NCBI GenBank assembly: GCA_050084515.1
Contig: CM114271.1
Location: 3,224,001 to 3,288,000, forward strand
Direction: 5' to 3'
DNA length: 64,000 bases
Source of the DNA: Blasia pusilla
Lineage: Eukaryota
This document shows positions 1 through 13,840 of the stretch, piece after piece; position 1 is the stretch's first letter; each line of letters starts with the position of its first letter. The position numbers were made by a program, and so were the translations under genes. The notes beneath the pieces are model-generated. The model made no database searches, was not told the origin of the DNA, and saw nothing but the letters and a program-made list of their open reading frames with translations.

Positions 1-174
1 AACAGAGCGCATGTAGATAAGGTACGCTGGATTCATCGGATAACTCGAAAATTCTTTCTCGTCATCCGGAATCCACGACATGACTATTTGGAAATTCTGA
101 TGCGGAAAGGACTTCGATCTCATGTACAAGAACGCCAACAATGGCACAAAACGCGGCTCTGTATACCACAGTAC

Positions 175-434
175 CTCAGGCGTAGCGCGAGTTCTGAACT
201 TGGGGGCAGCCTTCCAGCAGGCAAGTCCAGTAAAGCGCCATGCATGCCACCACTGCTTCTTAAAAAACTCGCATGAGAAGAGCGTTTCGAGAATTTCGCT
301 CCCGACAATGCTACAGCCACTGTCGCATTCCTCACGGTAGTCTTCCTCGTGAGATCACTGGCACGCGCGCCATCACCGGCAGCAACCAGAGCTTGCGGGC
401 ACCGGGCTCCCGCCAGAGCAGCGAGAGGTTGCAT
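175..434 (-). CDS. Possible first coding exon (transit-peptide-like N-terminus) of a gene running off the left edge
   Basis: ATG at 434 (MQPLAALAGARCPQALVAAG..., Ala/Ser/Arg-rich), candidate donor GAG|GTACTG at 175/174, GC-rich upstream region at 450-900. No domain recognised. Confidence 0.35.
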
Positions 435-2122
435 CTTCGCTCCCAACCTCGACTCCCTCCTTCTCTACCGCACCACAATCTTCTTCCCAAGTCACTCCCA
501 CGCTCCTCCCTTCTCCTCCCCTGCACTCGAAAACTAGCTTCCCAACATCCAACTCCACATTTCACCACCCCGCCCCTTCTTCTGCCTTCCACAATCGGTG
601 CATGCAATCTACAATGCCTCGGGAGAGCACACTGTCTGTCACCAGCGTCGCATGCCCAGCGAACACCGCCGCCGTCGCGTCGTCCTAAAACTCAAAAGCG
701 ATCTCGTGCCACTGCGGCATCACAAACCCATCCCCCCGCGCCCCCAACCTCCTCCAGCGCGAGGACGCGAGTTCGCAAAAGCGGGCATCCAAAATATCTG
801 CGGCCAGCGATCTTCGACGCATGGGTTCCTGCGACTTCTTTCTTTTCATGTTTCGTCTTTCCCTTCCCGTCCCGTTCGTGGGTTGAACTCCGGGCACTCT
901 GGCTCTGTAAGAAAATAAAAGAGTGGTTTTTCGACACTTTCATCGGATTACACGAATCATGGGTAAAATATTAGGGGAGAAGGCTTTTTCGATATTTGGG
1001 TAGAAGATTTTTCTTTTCATTTAGAGCATAGAACATCCTTATGGGAGTAACGAAGACTTTTTATTTTTTTTCCATTTGTGTGAAGTTTGATTATTCTCGT
1101 GGCTATACATTAGTCCTGATTAATATGCTAGGTGATATGTCTAGGGTATTAAAAAAAAATTGAAGTCTTAAATTGAGGGATTTGTAGATGTGAGAGGAAG
1201 TGGCCATTAAAACCCCCAAAATCATAAGACTAAAGCTCAACCAGTGTATTTATCACTTGGGACCCCTTCATACCCTAAGAGCCCGTCCCTCTCCGACGGT
1301 CCTACCAATTTCCAGGTATGATCACAAATGGTTTCGACGTTTGATTATAAAAGAATTAAAAAGACAACCGGCTACCGTCCTTTGATTTTCCGAGGATCGT
1401 CCCTAGTATTTCTGCGCCGTAAATTTCACGTCATGGAAGGACAAGCGACCCGCCCATGGTCCGTGGATTGATAGTCGTCGATTTAGCATTCGGAGGATCC
1501 TGCGACCATGGAATCTCACGATTATTCATATATTTAATCAAAAATTTATCTTCATTATTTGTTGCAATTTTATAATTTCAACATGAATATATTTAAGGAT
1601 TTCATTATATTTTCCATTTGTAAAATATACTGATTTTTATCCATCCGACCCAAGATATTACTAGTTCCATTAAAACGCAATAAAACAATGACTAACTATG
1701 GACAATTTATATTTCCCTTTTAAACCCCACATGAATGCTTACTCGTGTTTGGGAAAAAAATATCTTAAAATAAAAAAGAGTTCTCCTGTAATAATGACCC
1801 TCTCCTTATAACACGGGGATTACAAACTAATCACCTGCACTCTCGGTAATTCTTGCTGCGTACCTTTCACCTGCCATCAACATGGGCCGTGCTGCACGCC
1901 GTGAATTCTCAGCGGTCCTCCACGGCGTTAACGGGGACCTCCACACGTCGCAGGACACGGACGGACGGACGGGGCGGGAGGGGAGGGAGTCGACTCTCTT
2001 TCCCTCACAGAGTGTAGATGTTCCGTCCATACTCTTATTCGTCCGTTACTCTTCGCTGTAAGGGAGGGCATCAACGCCTGCCCGCATGCATGCATTGGGG
2101 GCGACGGATGCCCGCTACGCGA

Positions 2123-2171
2123 CACGTCATGACTTGTCAATGTCCGGATGACATTGACAAGTCATAACGTG
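2123..2171. repeat. 22-bp-arm inverted repeat with a 5-nt loop
   Basis: CACGTCATGACTTGTCAATGTC-cggat-GACATTGACAAGTCATAACGTG; one mismatch between the arms. Confidence 0.9.
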
Positions 2172-3159
2172 CCACCAGACTGTATCATAACGGGTCCATA
2201 CTTCTCTACTTCTCGTTGCGCATTCAAACCGGGCCCACGTGACCTATTACTACTATTATTAGAATTACAGGAAATATCCGGAACAATTAATTAATTAATT
2301 AGTTTTCCTTATTTTTAGTTAAAAATACACATGAAAAAATTTACTCACAAATTGACAGAAATGAATTTTGACAATGAAAAAAAACATGTCATTCACATGA
2401 GATTTCCCTTCTTTAACACCTGGTTGATTTTTTTAACTGATTTTGTAAGTTTTTCATTCTTTAGAGTTTGCAAAAAGCATCGGAAAACATATATATATTC
2501 AAGATTACAAAAGTTATCCATCTTGGCAAAATGTGTGGTTGTGGACTTTGATGATCCTTTCAAAAAATAGTTTGGACTTTGGATTTTCTTGTCCGCCAAA
2601 GGGTAGGAAATTCTTTAGGTATAACTTGAAAAGGTCCTAAAAATTTGTAATTTTTTCTCATTAGATATGATATTTATATAAAATATTTTTAATCTTGAAT
2701 TTTGATCTCTTTGCCTCTTTATTTTTTTCATGCATAGTTTTCTTCTAGTGTAATACAAGTTGGATCTCATTAACCTCACCACAATTGCTTTGACACAATC
2801 ATGGGCCTATATGATCACCTAGAACCATATTTGTTAGAGGATGGGAATGTGATCATATTGACAAGCATAGATGGGACGAATAAGTTGTACTTTTCATAGA
2901 TTTGTTGTATTATATTTTAAGAGGAACCCTTCTGAATTTGTCCAATACCTCCAATAATCAATACATGTCATTTTCACAGTTCAAAGTAACAAAGTTCAAA
3001 TTCCTTGATGACCAATGTAATCATATAATGATACTAGTCTAAGTCTGTGCAAGGCACAAGTTTATATTACCTCCCATAATTAACTCTCACAATTCTCGAG
3101 CGCCATTTTAAATTAATTTAGAGCGATCCTACTTATTGAAAAAGTGAGCGATCCCATCC

Positions 3160-3458
3160 CCATTCTCCTAATGAGAGGCTTGGGTTACACACACAAGGCA
3201 AGGAGGACCATAGCTCCGCCGCCTAATGCCAAGAGGTTCAACAAAGAGAGAATGAGCTCTCAAGCTCTCTCTCTCTTGGAGGTATACCCCTTCCCTCTCC
3301 CAAGCTCTCTCCATGGTAACCTATGCACGCAGGTCATCTCCTTGGCTCTTGACCCGCTACACGCTATAGTAGATCATCCTCGACCTCCTAAGGCTGTCCT
3401 CTAGTATCTCCGAAGGCGCTCTACTAGATCTCGTCGATCTGTCCTAACAGACGTGACA
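3160..3458 (-). mobile_element. Truncated, internally deleted A-repeat of retrotransposon family 2
   Basis: Matches ~32460-32892 and ends ...GACGTGACA, which reads TGTCACGTC as the element 5' end on the minus strand. Confidence 0.8.
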
Positions 3459-5799
3459 TAGGGGACATGTGTCAACACCTGAGGAGGATTTCTTCTAACC
3501 CCATCCGCTCTTAAAATTTATATATATATAAACTCATGGTTAGGGGTGAGATAAGGAAGCATGTTTAAAAATTGACATGAGTGAAAATGAATTTACTCCA
3601 TAAATCAAGTTTAGAACTTGGATACTCCATCATATTACACATAGGTCTCAATCTTTTACTTGTGATTGATGGTGATTGTTTTTTTGCTCAACTCTTTGAA
3701 TCCCTTAGTTTCATGAATATCATATGTAATATAAAAGCATTGTACTTAGATTTGTCTCTAGTCCATAATAATGAAAAGGAACATAATTGCATGCAATACT
3801 TGTGATACCCTCTTGTGTCTCCAAGCAAGAAAGCCCTTCTAATGTGTATTTCTATTATACTACAAGAATTGGATGAAGTAAAAAGTACAATTTGTTTTTG
3901 TAGCCAAGGGTAACACTAAAACCTATTAAAAAGAAAATACTGGTTGGATTTTCCCTCCTCAATTAGGATACTTTAATGCTATCACTACCTTGGTGCAATA
4001 ATATATGTATATTCATCATATCTTCTTCATTCATTTATTCTATAATATATATATATATATATATTGCTAATTATTTCAAGCTATTTGCATCTTCTATGAT
4101 CTAAGGCCAATTGCTATCGCTCTCTTTAAATGATCAACGTCCACAATATCCCAATTGCATAAAGTTCGGTTATCTCAACTGGCATGAACACATGCTCCTC
4201 CTCAATCTACGTGGTCCTTCAAGTTGAGGGCCACAAATCAAAATTGGTTTTGAATGTCAATTGATGTTTGATACCAAGTTCATGATTTTTGTCATGGTAG
4301 ATGAGGCGTAGGGTGAGATAGTATCGAGGCCTTGGGAGGGTCTTATACTTCCCTATTTTGAGAGGTCATATGTAACCTGCTCTTAGGAGGTGACTTACAA
4401 GTGTAGGTCACCCTTCCCTTTATGAGGAGTGGCAACCTTTAAGAGTTTGATCTTCCTAGCCATGTATAGCTCCACTTGGATCTATAGGGTCATGTGTTAG
4501 TTGGTAGTTGGTCTCATGAGCGGACCACATGTGTAGTTGTTAGGGAGTTAGTACTTTATGTACTACATGTTGGTAGTGACATACTAGGAGGGAGGTGACT
4601 TTTATAGGTCACTCATGGAGGTGCCTAGGGGGGTATACCTCGGATGAAGCTCATTTGGAGTTCATCTCCTTAGGATTGCAAACCCTTGTTGGGATTCGTG
4701 ATATGATGCACCTTGCATGTATTGAGTATAGATTTTCTCTTGAAGAATGGGCTAGGAGTGATCAATAAGGAAGATCACACACATTTTGGGAGTCATTGTG
4801 TACACTTTCTCTTGTTGTTACAACAGTGTGTATCTGATTCATGAATATGGCTATTTGGACGAAACACGATTGATTGCAGATTTCATCAAAGTTTACGGTT
4901 TGTATTCAACTTTATATTGGGGTTGTCCCATGGTTCATGTGTAGAGATGAGATGGATCTTAGACATGTGTTTGCATGACAACCAATGTATGTTGGCAGCC
5001 ATATGTATTCACACAACATTTCCTTCTAATCTTTGAGAATCAATTCTTTTTGTGTGAATAAGGTAAGTGTGTACAATAGTCTCTTCTTCGGATCGTCCCT
5101 TCCACCCAATCTCGTATCTCTTATCACAAGAACACATATGGTGGTTGGTTGTATATGATCCTTTTGGATTTTTCACATATTTTATCGGTATCTGTTTCTC
5201 ATTTACAGAGGTACACATGATGACTCTCTGTGTAAGATCCCTCTAGATCCTCCTTGAGGACAAGTTGTAGTGACCCTTTTACAAAATACATCAAGTGAGA
5301 TAGTACAAGATCCTCCCAAATCCTTCTTAATTCTAGGTCCATGCCCATGTGCTCCTCTAGCACATATGATTCCCATCGAAAGGGAGCAAATATGCCAAGT
5401 ACCTGAATTTTCTACTTCAATTGGGTAGAGGGGATATTAAATCCACGATCACCCATCGTTTCGATGACCCTCGATACGAAGGCCATGCTGCAACAAATGA
5501 CGATGAAGTGTATCTGAAGAGATGCTCCACGTCCATATACCTTGTTTTACAGATTTTTTCCGTTTCTACTATGGGGTGTCGAAAGAGGTGGACGCACGAT
5601 GTTTACGACCGTCCAAACTTCCTTCGAGTATTTAATTCATGAAGAAACACAAAGGCAACACCTAGCAAATTATAGCACCCTCTTCCCCAAGAGTGTACCA
5701 TACAAATTTTAACAATAAAAAGGTAAATGAGATCACAGGCTCTATGTCGCGATGTGTGAGACACACTATTATTTACAACCCTTACAAGAACTTGTCATG

Positions 5800-5960
5800 T
5801 ATATTATTATTGGAGAGTGCCTTCTTGATTTGCAAACACCTCTTTGCTTGACATGTGGCAATCGGACCGCAAGTAAATGTTTCCTCCTCTACGGGCAACA
5901 AGAAAAATATTTTGTGACCAACATGATTAGTTCCCTTCACCGACACATGATGCTCACTAA
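5800..5960 (+). mobile_element. Degenerate copy of the small Helitron-like element at 61424-61597
   Basis: TATATTATTATTGGAGAG..CTTCTTGATTTGCAAACA..TTTGCTTGACA.GTGGC shared with 61426-61590. Confidence 0.6.
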
Positions 5961-6513
5961 ATTTTCTCTCTCCAACTAACCTAACCGCGTTATTGATAAT
6001 TAAATTTCCCCCCTCTCTCAAAGGGTTTGGGTCTAGGGAGACCATCAAAGCCATAATGGCATGCATCCATCCGTATACACAAGTTCTCTTCCATAAAGTC
6101 TATCCCTACACCCACACTTGTTCTTGAAGATGGACAATGTTCTATGATGTTCTTCTACCACCTAACCATGGTCCATGGTGGCTTCCACGACCGACCATGG
6201 TCAAGACACATGCCCATATTTTGACGTCACACGCTGGGCTGACAACACACCAAGTCTGGTTCAGTGCATGGTCCGGGGAGTTTTTTCACGATAGCTGGTA
6301 TGTTACCGGTGTTTCATAGCGTGGATCAGTAAATTCGGATGTCTAATCGGTTTTTCAGATACCTTTAAAAAGAAACCCCCCTAACCCTGCCTGTTTTTTG
6401 CCGACCAGTTTTAAATAAATCGGAAATTTCTGATTTTAAGCGACTAGGATTACTTGTAACTCCGGATCTTACTTGTAACATCGGTTCAGTGTGAGGTTTG
6501 TTTAGGGGTCCGC

Positions 6514-7295
6514 TTGGGCCTCCCCCAACCATCGGTGGTTGGTTCGACACACTGCGAGTGTCGCCGGAGCCTGGATCCACTTGGTGTGCATTTGGCACGC
6601 TGTCCAGTTGGAGGTGAGAGGATAGCCACTCACGATGCAGTGCGGGATATCATGTTCAGTATTGCTCGGGAGAGTGGCTTCCATGTGCAGAGAGAGAGGC
6701 ACTACTCCATGCGGGATTCCCTTATTCGAGCTGATCTTTACATGACACGAGAGGCTGAGGTGGTAGTGGCGGACGTGGTAGTTACAGATCCTACGTGGGA
6801 GGCAGTGCGAGCCCAAGTGGTGGCCCAAGGGCGAATGCTACAAGGAGCGGCGGCGGTGAAGAAGACACATATCTACAGTCTACTTCACGCGGGACACATC
6901 TTCATCCCCCTGGCCATAGAGATGTATGGGGCTATGGGGGAGAGGTTTGACTCGTTCCTTACGGACTGCGCCCATAATCTCCAATCGAGAAATGGGTTGT
7001 CCTTAGCTACTGCGATTCTCTATTGTACGCAGCGGGTCTCCATAGCTTTGCAGCGCGCCCAGGCTAATGGGCTTTTGCGGCGGGCTCAGGCTGTGGGAGA
7101 CGCCGACGCTAGAGGCCCACTTAGTAGTAGTCATAGCTCTCTTCTTGTTGCTAATATTATCTCTACTGTTGGTGAGTTTCGTCGTTAGGGGGGGAATGCC
7201 CCCTTCTTCCTTTTCTGGTCTTGTTGTGGCCTTCAGGTTTTGACTCTTTGAGTCCCCCCTCTTTTGTACTTCCGATGGGTTTTCCATCACACGTT
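6514..7295 (+). mobile_element. 5'-truncated CRE-like non-LTR retrotransposon: CCHC knuckle, restriction-like endonuclease and 3' UTR
   Basis: ORF 6514-7188: CEC..D..GVH...C..GG...THDAVRD, RADL...ADVVVTDP, KK..Y, FIPLAIEMYG, QRVSIALQR. The 3' UTR recurs at 50510-50630. Confidence 0.75.
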
Positions 7296-8571
7296 TTTAT
7301 CTAAGTGCATCATTTCCCCTTAGGGGTCTGGTATTGAACAGACCTACCTACTTTTAGGGGTCCGGTCAAGTAGTGTAGTCAAGTTCTCCTCTTTTCTTTT
7401 CTTCGTATGTGGTCTTCTTTTCTTCGTCTGTGGTCGTGTTAAACTACTCCCCGGAAACAGCTCCACCTCGTGGCCAGGTTCCTTTCCGCTCGACACGTGG
7501 TGCACCCTTCCCTCACTGCCGTCGATTGAAGAGGACAGGATGTTGCGTTCCCTCCTGTCAACTGTCAACGGTCTGCATTTTCTTCCGCTCTTTGATGCAA
7601 ATCTTTCCCTTTCTTCCGGTCTTCCTTTCTTTCTCTGTTGCTCTCTCTCTCTCTGTGTGTCTCCGAACGTCTCTCTCTGTTCTGTTCGCTTTCTGATCGG
7701 GATTCCGACCGCTTTCCTCGTATTAATGAGCATCGATGCGGAGCTTGTAGGGCGGGTGTGTTCGATTGTGCGACAGGCGGATGATCTGCGGTAGGGCTTG
7801 TCGATTTCAAGCCGCTGTGAAGCATCTTCGATCTCCAGCAGTAGGGCCAGGCAGGAGCGGACAGTGTATGAGCAGCGCAGGAGCAGCCAAAGTGCAGAGA
7901 AGAAGAAAGTGAGTGAGTTTGCGGTTGATCGATTCTCTGGGAGATGTAGGGGTAGAGAGAAGCAATGGGAGAGAGTAGCGTGTAGTGGTGTAGGAAAGGT
8001 TTTGCCTGCTGCGCTTTTCTAGGGATCCGTTTGATTTTGGTCGCGGTTCTTTGTTCTTGGAAAGAGCATAACGAGGCGCATGGGAACCCGCCCCCCCCGT
8101 CCCTTGGTCTGAGAATGGCATCGCTTTGTGATGAAATGGAGGGAGGGACTGGATGATCTTGCGGAAGATAGAAGAGTGGGAGAGTGACGACTTAAGAACT
8201 TGCGCCGTTCGCTTCCAGAGTGCTGTGTGAGTGATGGAGGTAGAGCGCGATTAGGAATTGCAGCTGTGATGTGGTGAGTGGATTCGTGTGGAGTAAGAAA
8301 ACGGCCTCTGCATGCCCACCATAACTCGGATCCCGTTCGCATTACACATGATGTGGCTTAGTAATTGTGTCGGATTAGTTTTGAATCCCCAAAATTTAAC
8401 CATGTGTCTGTGATCTTAAACCACATCATACGAAGTTTGTTGCCTGTCTAAACGCTTCAAATGAGTTAGATCGTGGAGATCGGAAGCCGAGTGAGAAAAT
8501 GCTGCCCTAAACCAAAGGGTTTCAGTGAAGCGATTCTCTCTCTCTCTCTCTGTGGTGGTTCTTCACTTCTC

Positions 8572-8637
8572 CCAAGAGGTTAGCTGAACTGACAGAAGGT
8601 TCTCTCACAGAGGTCCCGGTTCAACTCCTCCCCTTGG
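8572..8637 (+). other. tRNA-like sequence (pseudo-tRNA or SINE head)
   Basis: A-box-like TTAGCTGAACTG, B-box GGTTCAACTCC and pairing ends CCAAG...CTTGG. The anticodon arm is not canonical. Confidence 0.3.
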
Positions 8638-9099
8638 ACAGTCTGATTCTGATGGAGAATTCCATTATTTTTTTATTATTTATTGCAAAACGTAAAACAT
8701 CGTTTCTCCAGTTAGTTGGGAATGTAGCCGTCGATAGTTCTTTTCCCCTGCCTATCCCACTGTGGGGGGCGGTCTCAACCCCAGACCCTACTTAGGGCAT
8801 GGATGGTCCATTTCCGAGAGAGAGTACGCCTTGTGTGCCTTGGCTGTGCTCCCGGGTCGAGAATTTGGACAAGAAAGTTGCAGACCTTCACTCAAAAACC
8901 AAATCTCCTTCATGGGAACCCCGAACAGAAACTTTTGAAATCTAGATGTGAAGGTGCCTGGCGGATGTGATGTCAATATCACATATGTGGAAGGGGTCCC
9001 ATAGGCCAGTTAGGCTTCCCGTGGACTAAAAATTAATTCTTCTTCTCCTTCTCTCTACACCCATCCCAGTCTTTAGCATTGTGCAACTAGGGCAGGGGT

Positions 9100-12000
9100 C
9101 CGTGGCTACGACAGGCACTACTTAATGAGTAGTCTCTCTCTGTGATGACTCATGAGCTTTCCAGCGATCATAATTCTGTAACACGACTCCAATTTTTTCC
9201 TGCCACTGCAGAAGTTTTTCGTTCGGCGAGGGTTTAGAGAAGGTTTTCTTGATGCGAGGGTAGCTATGGAAGGTAGAAAGACTTCGAAAGAGGCCCTTTA
9301 CAATGTAGCCTTTGGAACCGGCGAATGTAACTTGCTGGATGGAGCTGTGCGTCACACTGTCAGCAATGTGCCCCGTGAGTTTCAGCTTGTGTCTGTATGA
9401 ATAGAGATTTTTTTTTAAAACAGCTTAAATGCAGAGCTGCTGACTGAAGAATACTCAGATCCGTGTACACATGTCCAAACTTGAAGACCATTCTTGTCAT
9501 GGATGAAAGGGGCGGGAGGGCACGCTAGCATCCTCTTGGCGTTCTAGTGGCATGAAACCTGTTAGTGTGAGTTAGTGTCGGGTGGATATGACTGTGAATG
9601 TGGCTGGAGATGTTTATGCATCAGCGTGGACAAACTCTTTTTCATTTTGTGTTTGCTCAAGTGTAGTGCATGGACTTCTTTAGAAAGCTCAGCTTGCATA
9701 GAAACCCCATCAGTGCACATGATCGAATTTGTAAATTATCTCCAATTTAGCATTGGAAACTCCTCGAAAACATTTGATGGGAGATGTAGGTTACTGATGT
9801 GGGTTCAAACATAGCTACTCTTTTGTGAGTAAGAATGGAGGCAGACTTTTTCTAATCAATTCTGAAAGAAAGTAACAGAAGCCTCTCCATTGAGTAGGGA
9901 AGAGCTAGTAAGAGATATCTTAAAAATCTAGCATGAACAAGGAATATGTCGACACCTTTTATTGATACTGGGATGTCACGGATTGGCAAGGGTTGTTTCG
10001 ATTGTGCTGAAGTATAGCGCTACCTTCCCATCACCAGGCAGCTGATTTAGATGTCCTTCAAACAGAAATTTGGAACAAGAGTGACCTTCGTTTTGTACTA
10101 CTGTCGTGCAAAGTCATGTGAGGTGAGGCATGGTCTTCCTTAATGCTATCAAATATTGCCACCCCACGATGTGGAAGGCATGATCTACACATCCTCTGGA
10201 CTGCCCACAACATCTCTGGCCTTCCTTGGTGACAGTATTCTCCTCCAGGTGCAACGAACTCCTATTGTTAAGGGATTGGCACCACTTCTTTCCAACCATG
10301 CTCAACAATGTGATCCTCCTATAATTTTGAGGTACACATTCACTTTTCTAGCAGAGATTCACAATCTTTTCCACTCGTCACCTCTGTGGGCTGAAATGAG
10401 TTCCTTCCCAAAAACCAGGACGAAGAGATGCAGTCGAGAAAATTGGCAATGGTAGAGAGACGAAGGTAGGTAGTGATAATTTAGTCATAGCCTTGCAACT
10501 GTAGATTTCTCACCTTCTTCAACAGAGATATAGAATAGGATGGGTGCAGAGGGAGTACCATTTGAGAGGAGACTCACAAGTGCGAGTGCTTACCATCCAG
10601 AGTGGTAAATCAAAGTTTACTGTTCTATCTACTTTACCAAACTAGGATCCCCAATACACATTATTTACCAAAGCAGCAGCGTTGAGCATTCAATCTAGGC
10701 TTATGAGCGGGATACACACCTCTGGCAGTCCCAAATCAGCAGTTTTAACACAGGTTATTACTCTTTGTGCTGTGCCCTTGAGGTTCCTCAGTACTCTTTT
10801 TAAAGGACTCTGCTTTACAGGTAGTAGGTGACTTGACCGCTGTTTCATAAGGCCTATGAGCCCTCATTACCACAGCATTTCAGCAGGAGAAATTGTGACT
10901 AGATCCTGGTTATCTGGAGCTGGTTCTTCCTCACCAGCTGGAGTGAATACTTTTTGCAAAGGTCCTGCTGGGAAAAAGCTCCTGATGTGTACAACATATA
11001 TCTTCTCCTGTTCCTCCCAAATGTTCGCAAGATGGAAGTTTCATCTTTGCAGCTGCCTGGTGACCTTTTGGACTTGGTGATCTTGTCCTTAGTCAAGTCC
11101 AATTGCATTTGGGCAGTCAGTGCCATCCCTCTTGATACGACGAAGAGGGTTAAAGGCTTGACAAGTACTTTTTCGGTTTCATCTTCATGATTTCGTTTGC
11201 CCTGCTGTTCTATCATCAACAGATAGAAATTCCTTTGCAGCTCTGAGAGCTGGTGCCTCACGTCTTCCCTCTTTGGGTTCTACTTCCAACTCCATCCATT
11301 TTGCTCCCAAGCTCCTTGCATGACCCAAAATTAGATAGTCCAGTATCTATTCCTTTTCTCCGCTTTCTCGTCTTGATCTCTATTGATTGAAGCTACAGCT
11401 AATTCTTGTCCCTCTCTCTACTCCATTACGTATCCTGAAAGTTTCTGCTCTGAACCTGGTTTCAGGGATGCAGACTGCCAATCCTTTGTCTTAGTTAGAT
11501 TCTTTCCATCTTGCACACTTTGAAGACTCCTGTTCAACTACTTTACTCGGTAAGGGACTCAGGTTTTCAGCCAAGCTCACAAGCTCCTCTTGGTCCTTAT
11601 TACCCTCTCCTTCATTAGTTGACATATGCCACTCAGCGATCAGGAGTCAAGAAGACTATTAGATCTTCTACTGATTCTGGATTTTGCATTAGATCTTTAA
11701 AAAAATAACAGAACCAGGGGAATCCTTGTTTGGAAAGTTGCCCAAAGTTCAAGTTCAGAAAGAGCAGGAACATACTCTTAAGTAGTTGAGCTGGAATAAC
11801 CAGGACTCTGAATGCAGTTACTAAAGGACTGGGAGAGCTCATGCAGAAATACAGGGTTGAGGGAGGAAAAAACTCAAACCTTCTTCTACTGACTGCGAAC
11901 CCTAAAACAGCATGAGGTAAAAGGTGCTGTGTGTAATTCCTCTACCAAGGAAAGCAAGCAAGAAGCTGTGGAGAAGAGGCAAGACACACCTCTGTGGAAA

Positions 12001-13840
12001 CACAAGGATCTTCAAAGGTTTCATGAAGCTTGAAGCTTTCTTTCCTCATCTCCTCCCTACTTACTTCCCTAAAGTTCTAGTCTTTCTTCGGCAAGCTTCA
12101 TCCATCTCCTGTCCATTTCATCCTGATAAATCCAAGAAAGATTAGATCATTTCACTTCGACCCAGAAACCAAATACTCAGTTTGCTAGTATAATTTTACT
12201 GCTTTTTGCTGCCAAGCTCAATGCCAGTCAAATCTGCTTCATGGAAGTTGCACTTGACAAACCTGAGGGGCTACACAAATGGCTTTATCACTGCTGCAGA
12301 GGGACTCATGCTCATGTCTATCATGCAATCTACTACAGGAGCTATCATGTGCTCATGCATCATGCTTGGAGCTTGTATGTTTGCCAGGGCGGGGTTTGCA
12401 GTCAACCAACATGTAAACAGTGCCTCGGTATGCAGGCAACATAATGGGTGTTTCCAACACAACAGGGACAGTGGCCGTTGTGGTAGGAGTGGTTGTGACT
12501 GGACAGACCCTAGAGGCTTTTATCGCAGAATAAGCAAACCTTAATAATTGGGCCATTCTGTTTGCCATACCACCAGTTCTATTTGTCCGCAATGCTGGTG
12601 AATCTATGGAAACTCAAGTTTGATTGTTGAGCTTCTTTTGAGGAGCCCAAACTCAGCCTGTGTGAAGCAGTTAGGTCCCTTTTGCAACAACTACTGAATG
12701 TTTGGAAGTTGTGTTGTTCATCCAGCGGCTGCCGCAGTGAGCTGAAGGAGGAACGAATTGTGCAACTTGAACTATAGAAATCTGCAGCGTGAAGAATTTG
12801 CGCATGAGTTTGCGGAGGTGAGCTTCAACTAATTTATGAACAGTTGGGATTTGAACATCACTGTAATGGCACATAGAAACTTATGGCCTCAAAAGATGGT
12901 AGTTCTCAGCTATAGAACGACCTGACCTCAGCAGACATGAGAACCGATTCAAGATCCTCAACACCTTCCTCTAAAAGTGTAACATATAATCGATCTTGAG
13001 ACAAACTTCATAGGTGCTGGACCTAGATCTCCTAATGTTACCAAGATCTCAGTTTCAGGTCTTTTTTCATGTCTTTAAAAACCTACCTATGATTCAACCC
13101 CATCTTACTTGTCCCACTTTCCATAGCAGCTAGAAGTCAAATTAGAATCCTCTCCATTCTGCACACTTATCCATTACTCGGCAATTAATCAATTCAGTAC
13201 TTACACAACAGTAAAACTTATCTACCACCTACGGTGCTACCTCATCAGTCTTGCACCTCATCAGTTAGTGAGATTTTAACAAAACACATCCTCAATAAGA
13301 ATTCAAAGATTTTGATGAAGGCTTTTTTCCAACTCTTAAAGAGTTCTAATGGAGTCCGTATTGATGCTGTTGATTTGTCCCAAGTCAGATAACTAAATGT
13401 ACCCTGGGAACATCTCATGTGGAACCCCATAATACCTGAACATCTTTCTTCATTGATCAAAATTTTCCAGATGATTTTGAAGTGGGTAGAAAGCTTTGAT
13501 TCTTATTCTCAATTGTCTCATCTTCTACCAAATGTCCTCTTTGGTGAGGAAGGATCAACCAAGTGAATTAAAGTGAACCCTGAATAGTGGCAAAAAGTCT
13601 CTAATCAAAATAGTGAACATGTGTAACAAAAGATCAAACCTACCTGATCAACCTCCATCCTGCCATGAACACAAGGTCTTACATGGAATGGAGATTACTC
13701 AAAAAATCTTTCTTTTACTCTGAAGCTCTTATAAAATTCTTAAATTACTTTTCTCGGGCCTCACAAGTTTTCCTAGCTATCCAGTGTATCTCATGTCTTT
13801 TACACATTTTAAAGTGTTACTTTCTCCCCAACCCAATGAA
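9100..13840 (-). mobile_element. Highly degenerate LINE-like (L1-type) remnant
   Basis: Only scattered motif-like remnants on the minus strand (SPGP near 13020, QG.P near 11720, PSP near 11830) in broken frames. Boundaries are approximate. Confidence 0.3.

Noticed and set aside
273-974. 233-aa + strand ORF
   Set aside because: Low-complexity Pro/Ser/Arg shadow of a GC-rich 5' region; no domain recognised.
4300-5350. Possible old solo LTR (start resembles ~62480)
   Set aside because: Only ~25 bp of similarity (GGTGAGATA..ATCGAGGCC); no ends or TSD can be defined.
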